From: an uncultured Chloroflexia bacterium
Lineage (GTDB): Bacteria > Chloroflexota > Limnocylindria > Limnocylindrales > CSP1-4
Direction: 5' to 3'
Assembly (NCBI GenBank): GCA_963810065.1
Contig: CAWELX010000001.1
Span: 142,819-206,818, forward strand
DNA length: 64,000 nucleotides
The notes beneath the pieces are model-generated. The model worked only from the letters and a program-made list of their open reading frames with translations. It searched no databases and was not told where the DNA came from. Positions 58,100 through 64,000 of this stretch are shown piece by piece; position 1 is the first letter of the stretch, and every line of letters starts with the position of its first letter. The position numbers and the translations under genes were made by a program.

Positions 58100-59457
58100 A
58101 TGGACGGTCGATCCTTTCCAGCCTCGTTCGTCTGGGGCGCCGCGACGGCCTCCTACCAGATCGAGGGCGCCGCGGGTGAGGACGGCCGCGGCGAGTCCAT
58201 CTGGGACCGCTTCTCGCACACGCCCGGGAAGGTCCGCAACGGCGACACCGGCGACGTCGCCTGCGATCACTACCACCGGTACCGCGAGGACGTCGCCCTG
58301 CTGGCGGGCCTCGGGCTGAAGGCCTACCGGTTCTCGGTGGCCTGGCCGCGCATCCAGCCGACGGGAACGGGCCGGGTCAACCCGGCCGGGCTCGACTTCT
58401 ACGATCGCCTGGTCGACGAGCTCCTGGCGCACGGGATCGCGCCCTACGCGACGCTCTACCACTGGGACCTCCCGCAGGCCCTGGAGGATGCCGGCGGGTG
58501 GCCGGTCCGGAGCACGGCAGAGGTATTCGCCGACTACGCCGCGATCGTCGCGGGACGGCTCGGCGACCGGGTCCGCAGCATCGCGACGATCAATGAGCCG
58601 TGGGTCGTGGTCGACCACGGCTACCGCGAAGGTGCGCACGCGCCCGGACGCCGCGATCCGGCGGCGGCCGTGCGGGCGTCGCACCACGTGCTGCTGGCGC
58701 ACGGGCTCGCGATGCAGGCCATCCGCGCCCAGGCGCCCGCGGTGGAGGCCGGGATCGTGCTGAACCTGGGGCCGCAGGTGCCGGCCTCAGCGCATCCGTT
58801 CGACCTCGAGGCGGCCGCCGAGTCGCACGACTGGCTGAACCGCTGGTACCTCGACCCGATCGCGGGGCGCGACTACCCGGAGCTGCCACGCTGGGCAGCC
58901 GGCGTCGGGCGGGACGAGATCCTCGCGGGCGACATGGCGCTCATCGCCCAGCCGATCGACTTCATCGGCGTCAACTACTACAGCCGCAACTGGATCCGCT
59001 CGCCGCTCCTTCCGCCGCTCCAGCCCGCCGGCGCCGGACCGGAGGTGACGGCGATGGGCTGGGAGGTGTACCCCGCGGGCTTGCCGAGGTGCTGGAGTTC
59101 GTGGCATCACGGACCGGCGATCTCCCGCTCTTCGTCACCGAGAACGGGGCCGCGTACCCGGTCGATGAGAGCGCTCCCGAGCGTGATCCCGCCCGCGTGA
59201 GCTACCTGCGCCGCCACCTCGCGGTCGCCCTCGACGCCGTCGAGCGCGGCGTGCCCCTGGCCGGGTACTTCGTGTGGTCCCTGCTCGACAACTTCGAGTG
59301 GGCCCAGGGCTACGCCTATCGCTTCGGCATCGTCCACGTCGACTATGCGACGCTGGAGCGGCGCGTCCGCGACAGCGCCCGCTTCATGGGTGAGGTCGCC
59401 CGAACCGGCCGCATCCCGGGCGACCAGCCAGCGCCCGCCGGCGATCGGCCGGGCTGA
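58100..59457 (+). CDS. GH1 beta-glucosidase, single-base frameshift near 59085
   Basis: FVWGAATASYQIEGA, TINEPW (acid/base), then after the shift LFVTENGAAY (nucleophile) and FVWSLLDNFEW. Confidence 0.8.
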
Positions 59458-59505
59458 GCGGGCCCCGGACTGCGCGATGGCTGGCCCCCCTCGAAGGGAG
59501 ATCCG

Positions 59506-60519
59506 ATGACAGAGCCCAGGTCACTGCCCGATCCGGCGCTCCCCTCCCCCGCCTCGGCGCCCATCCCGTGGGAGGACCGCCCGGCGGGCTCCACGGCGGT
59601 GATCTGGCGCTCGTCGCACAACCCGATCATCGGGCGCGACCATCTGCCGCGCTCCAACAGCATCTTCAACTCCGCCGTGGTCCCCTTCCGCGACGGCTTC
59701 GCGGGCGTCTTCCGGGTCGATGACACCACGCGGACGATGAACGTCCACGCCGGCCGCAGCCCCGACGGCGTGACGTGGCAGATCGACCCGGAGCCGATCG
59801 CGTTCGTGCCCGCCGACGACCGGGTCCGGGACATCCAGGAGCAGTTCGTCCACGCGTACGACCCGCGCGTGACCTGGCTGGAGGACCGCTACTACGTCAC
59901 GTGGTGCAACGGCTACCACGGTCCCACCATCGGGGTGGCCTACACCCACGACTTCGAGACGTTCCACCAGCTGGACAACGCGTTCCTGCCGTTCAACCGC
60001 AACGGCGTCCTCTTCCCGCGCCGGATCGGCGGCGCCTACGCGATGCTGAGCCGGCCCAGCGACAGCGGGCACACGCCCTTCGGGGACATCTACTACTCGG
60101 AGAGCCCCGACATGGTCCACTGGGGCCGCCATCGCCACGTGATGGCGCCCGTCCCGTGGACCTGGCAGTCCACCAAGGTCGGGGCCGGGCCGACCCCGAT
60201 CGAGACCCCCGAGGGCTGGCTCCTGATCTACCACGGCGTCCTGACGTCGTGCAACGGCTTCGTCTACTCCATGGGCGCCGCCCTCCTGGACCTCGACGAG
60301 CCATGGAAGGTGATCGCGCGGGGCACCGGCTACCTGATGTCGCCGCAGGTCCCGTACGAGCAGGTGGGCGACGTCCCGAACGTCTTCTTCCCGTGTGCCG
60401 CCCTGGTGGACGGCGCGCTGGACCGCGTGACGATCTACTACGGCGGAGCGGACACGGTGGTGTGCATGGCCCACGGCCACCTGTCCGGGATCATCGACTT
60501 CGTTCGCTCGGGAGCCTGA
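59506..60519 (+). CDS. GH130 family glycoside phosphorylase (beta-mannoside phosphorylase-like)
   Basis: [21 protein letters not shown]...YYVTW and LIYHGV five-bladed-propeller signatures. Confidence 0.75.
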   Translation: MTEPRSLPDPALPSPASAPIPWEDRPAGSTAVIWRSSHNPIIGRDHLPRSNSIFNSAVVPFRDGFAGVFRVDDTTRTMNVHAGRSPDGVTWQIDPEPIAFVPADDRVRDIQEQFVHAYDPRVTWLEDRYYVTWCNGYHGPTIGVAYTHDFETFHQLDNAFLPFNRNGVLFPRRIGGAYAMLSRPSDSGHTPFGDIYYSESPDMVHWGRHRHVMAPVPWTWQSTKVGAGPTPIETPEGWLLIYHGVLTSCNGFVYSMGAALLDLDEPWKVIARGTGYLMSPQVPYEQVGDVPNVFFPCAALVDGALDRVTIYYGGADTVVCMAHGHLSGIIDFVRSGA

Positions 60520-60544
60520 CCAGCAGGCCGCGGAGGAGAGCAGG

Positions 60545-63018
60545 ATGCGCTACGGACACTTCGACGACGCCCGGCGGGAGTACGTCGTCACGCGTCCTGA
60601 CACCCCCCTCCCGTGGATCAACTACCTCGGCAGCGAGGAGTTCTTCGGGCTCATCTCGAACACCGGCGGCGGATACGCCTTCTACCGGGATGCGCGCCTG
60701 CGCCGGCTCACCCGCTACCGCTACAACGACGCGCCCCTCGACTCCGGCGGCCGGTACCTCTACCTCCGCGACGACGCCTCCGGCGACTACTGGAACCCGG
60801 GCTGGCAACCGACCCAGCGCGAGCTGGAGGACTACACCTGCCGCCACGGCCTGGGCTACTCGATCATCTCGTCGCGCTACCGGGGCATCCGTGCGGAGAC
60901 GCTGTTCTTCGTGCCCGGCGGGGAGAACCTCGAGGTCTGGCGGGTCCGGATCACCAATGAGCGGCCGGAGCCGGCGAAGCTCTCGCTCTTCAGCTCGATC
61001 GAGTTCTGCCTGTGGGACGCCCAGGACGACGCCACGAACTTCCAGCGCAACTACTCGATCGGCGAGGTGGAGGTCGAGGACGGCATCATCTTCCACAAGA
61101 CCGAGTACCGCGAGCGGCGCGACCACTTCGCGTACTTCGCCTGCTCCGAGCCGCTGGCCGGCTTCGACACGCAGCGCGACGCATTCCTCGGGCCGTATCG
61201 CGGGTGGGACCGGCCGATCGCCGTGGAGCAGGGGGCGTCCACCAATTCGATCGCCCATGGCTGGCAGCCGTCGGGCTCGCACCACGTCCGCCTCGAGATC
61301 GGCCCCAGCGAGACGAAGGAGGTCATCTTCCTGCTCGGCTACGCCGAGAACCCCCGGGACGCCAAGTTCGACCCGCCCGGCTCGCAGACGATCGACAAGC
61401 GGCTCGTCCGCCCGACGCTGGCGAGGTATCTGCGCAGCGACGTGGTGAACGAGGCGTTCGGGGCGCTGCGGGCGCGCTGGAGCGAGCTCCTGGATACCCT
61501 CCACGTCACGACCGGGAACGAGCACGTCGACCGGATGGTCAACATCTGGAACGCCTACCAGTGCATGGTCACGTTCAACCTGTCGCGGTCGGCCTCCCTC
61601 TACGAATCCGGGATGGGCCGCGGCATCGGCTTCCGGGACTCCAACCAGGACCTGCTCGGCTTCGTCCACATGGTCCCGGAGCGGGCCCGCGAGCGGCTCC
61701 TCGACACGGCCGGCACGCAGCTGCCGACGGGCGGCGCCTACCACCAGTACCAGCCCCTGACGAAGCGGGGCAACGACGCGGTCGGCTCCGGCTTCAACGA
61801 TGACCCCCTGTGGCTCGTGCTCGCCGTGGCGGCCTACCTGAAGGAAACGGGCGATGCGACGATCCTCGACGAGGAGGTGCCGTACGACAGCAGCCCGGGC
61901 TCCGAGACCGCGCTCTACGAGCATCTCCAGCGGGCCCTCGCGTACACCCTGGACCGGCTCGGCCCGCACGGCCTCCCGCTCATCGGCCACGCGGACTGGA
62001 ACGACTGCCTGAACCTGAACGCCTTCTCCGAGAGCCCCGGCGAGTCCTTCCAGGCGGCCGCCCACAGCGAGGGTGGGGTCGCGGAATCGGTGGTCATCGC
62101 GGCCCTCTTCGTGAGCGCTGCCGGGGAGCTGGCGGAGATCGCCGAACGGCGCGGGGACGCCGCCGAGGCGGAGCGCTGGCGATCGGCCGCCGGCCGGATG
62201 GCCGAGACGGTGGACCGCCACGGCTGGGACGGGGCGTGGTTCCGCCGCGCCTACGACCACTACGGGGCCGTCCTCGGTTCGTCCGCGAACGAAGAGGGCC
62301 AGGTCTTCCTCGAGCCGCAGGGCCTCTGCGTCATGGCCGGCCTCGGCCTCGCCGATGGGCGGGCTCGACAGGCGCTGGCGACCGTCCGCGACCGGCTGGC
62401 CACGCCGCACGGGATCGTGCTCCTCCAGCCCGCCTTCGGCCGCTACCACGTCCACCTTGGGGAAGTCTCGTCCTACCCGCCGGGCTACAAGGAGAACGCC
62501 GGCATCTTCTGCCACGCGAACCCGTGGGCCATGATCGCGGAGGCGATCGTCGGCAACGGCGACGGCGCGCTCGACTACTACCTCCGGATCAACCCGTCGG
62601 CGCGCGAGGCGATCTCCGAGGTCCACCGCTGCGAGCCCTACGTCTACGCCCAGATGATCGCCGGGCTCGACGCGCCGAACCACGGCGAGGCCAAGAACTC
62701 CTGGCTGACCGGGACCGCCGCCTGGAACTTCGTGGCCGTGTCGCAGTGGATCCTCGGGATCCGGCCCGAGCACGCCGGCCTGCGGATCGACCCCTGCATG
62801 CCCGCCGCGTGGGACGGCTTCAGGGCGACGCGCCGCTTCCGCGGCGCCACGTACCGGATCGTCGTCCACAAGGCGCCGGGGACGACGGGCCGGGTGACGC
62901 AGGCTCCGCGTGGACGGCCGGGACGTTGCCGGCAACCTCGTCGCGCTGCCGGCGGCCCCGGGGATCGAGATCGAGGTCGAGGCCTTCGTGGAGGCGTTCG
63001 TCGAGGCCGCTCCGTGAC
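60545..63018 (+). CDS. GH94 cellobiose/cellodextrin (or chitobiose) phosphorylase, frameshift near 62908
   Basis: WINYLGSEEFFGLISNTGGGY N-terminus. Catalytic region IGHADWNDCLN. The C-terminal 35 aa are recovered in the +1 frame (VDGRDVAGNLVALPAAPGIEIEVEAFVEAFVEAAP*). Confidence 0.8.
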
Positions 63019-63063
63019 CTCACCCCGGGAGCACCCGGCCGCCACGGCATCAGCGGCGCGACG

Positions 63064-64000
63064 TCAGCCGGCGCGCGCGGCCCGCGTGCGAGCGACGAAG
63101 CGGCCGATCCTCTCCAGGGCCTCCTCGAGCTTCTCGTAGCTCGTGGCGTAGCACATCCGCACGTGGCCGGCGCCGGACGGGCCGAACGCGCTCCCGGGGA
63201 CGGCCGCGACGTGCTCCTCGTCGAGCAGCCGCTCCACGAAGGCGTTGTCGTCGAGGCCCGTGGAGGTGATCCGCGGGAAGGCGTAGAAAGCGCCCCGCGG
63301 CACGAACGTGTCGAGGCCCATGAGGTTCAGGCCATCGACGACCAGGCGTCGCCGGCGGTCGTACTCCGCGCGCATCGCCTCGACGTCGGCCTCGGCCATC
63401 GTGATCGCGGCCAGCGCGGCATCCTGGGCGGTCGTCGGCGCCGACATGATCCCGTACTGGTGGACCTTGACGAGCCCCTCCAGGATCCCGGCCGGGGCGC
63501 AGACGTAGCCGACCCGCCAGCCGGTCATGGCGTACGCCTTGCTGAAGCCGCCCATCAGGATGGTCCGCTCGCGCATGCCCGGCAGCGCGCTCATGGCCCG
63601 GTGGTGGTAGTCGTCGTAGGCGAGCCGGTCGTAGATCTCGTCGGAGTAGACGAGGAGGTCGTGGCGGACGGCGATCGCGGCGAGCTCGTCCTGGGTCCCG
63701 GGGGGCAGGACGGCGCCGGTCGGGTTGCACGGATAGCCGAGGAAGAGCGCCTTCGTCCGGGACGTGATCGCCGCCTCCACCGCGGTCGAATCGAGCGCGA
63801 AGTCGTCCTCGTACCGCGTGGCCACGTGGCGCACGGTTCCGCCGGCGAAGACGATCGCCGGGACGTAGGCCACGTACGACGGCTCGTGGAGGATCACTTC
63901 GTCGCCGGGGTCGACGGTGGCCCGCAGGGCGAGGTCGACCGCCTCCGAGGCGCCGACGGTGACGAGGATCTCGGTCGCCGGGTCGTAGCGCACGCCGTAG
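63064..64000 (-). CDS. Class I/II PLP-dependent aminotransferase (aspartate aminotransferase-like); N-terminus beyond window
   Basis: SFSKAYAMTGWRVGY (PLP-lysine region) and NPTGAV. Confidence 0.8.
   Translation of the reverse strand, partial: YGVRYDPATEILVTVGASEAVDLALRATVDPGDEVILHEPSYVAYVPAIVFAGGTVRHVATRYEDDFALDSTAVEAAITSRTKALFLGYPCNPTGAVLPPGTQDELAAIAVRHDLLVYSDEIYDRLAYDDYHHRAMSALPGMRERTILMGGFSKAYAMTGWRVGYVCAPAGILEGLVKVHQYGIMSAPTTAQDAALAAITMAEADVEAMRAEYDRRRRLVVDGLNLMGLDTFVPRGAFYAFPRITSTGLDDNAFVERLLDEEHVAAVPGSAFGPSGAGHVRMCYATSYEKLEEALERIGRFVARTRAARAG

Overview
This is a 64-kb chromosomal segment from a high-GC (about 70%) bacterium with Actinobacteria/Chloroflexi-like gene content. Nearly every frame is open, so many ORFs in the track are antisense shadows; calls rest on recognisable protein motifs, Shine-Dalgarno sequences and gene overlaps. 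Self-derived coordinates are good to about ±2 bp. Gene order: ABC-F ATPase, mutM, polA (minus) | ECF sigma/anti-sigma pair | class-III aminotransferase | tRNA-Leu(CAA) with a 3'-partial duplicate 850 bp downstream | a 6-kb block of paralogous secreted/lipoproteins separated by a shared REP/terminator-like hairpin repeat | two alpha/beta hydrolases flanking a P-loop NTPase, with a 28-bp x4 tandem repeat | TerB-like | dnaE | two inserted segments bounded by three direct copies of the dnaE start region, the larger carrying a GGDEF protein and a MULE/IS256-like transposase with C-terminal zinc ribbons | SDR, mop, modBA, padR, esterase, zincin-like peptidase, MoaD-like, BNR protein, nucleoside hydrolase | a nucleoside (BMP-type) ABC transporter operon riddled with frameshifts | P450, URO-D-like, CoA-binding, gatB | a beta-glycan utilisation locus (GH13, GH3, sugar ABC transporter, LacI, GH1, GH130, GH94) | a class I/II aminotransferase running off the window end. 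No rRNA or CRISPR was found. About 25 single-base frameshifts interrupt otherwise conserved genes, most of them in the 39.9-42.6 kb region, so indel errors (unpolished long-read assembly or MAG) and/or real pseudogenisation are likely. The most interesting candidate is the dnaE 5'-end insertion array, whose attL/attR-like mosaic of repeats fits two successive site-specific integrations that re-supply the dnaE promoter and first codons.
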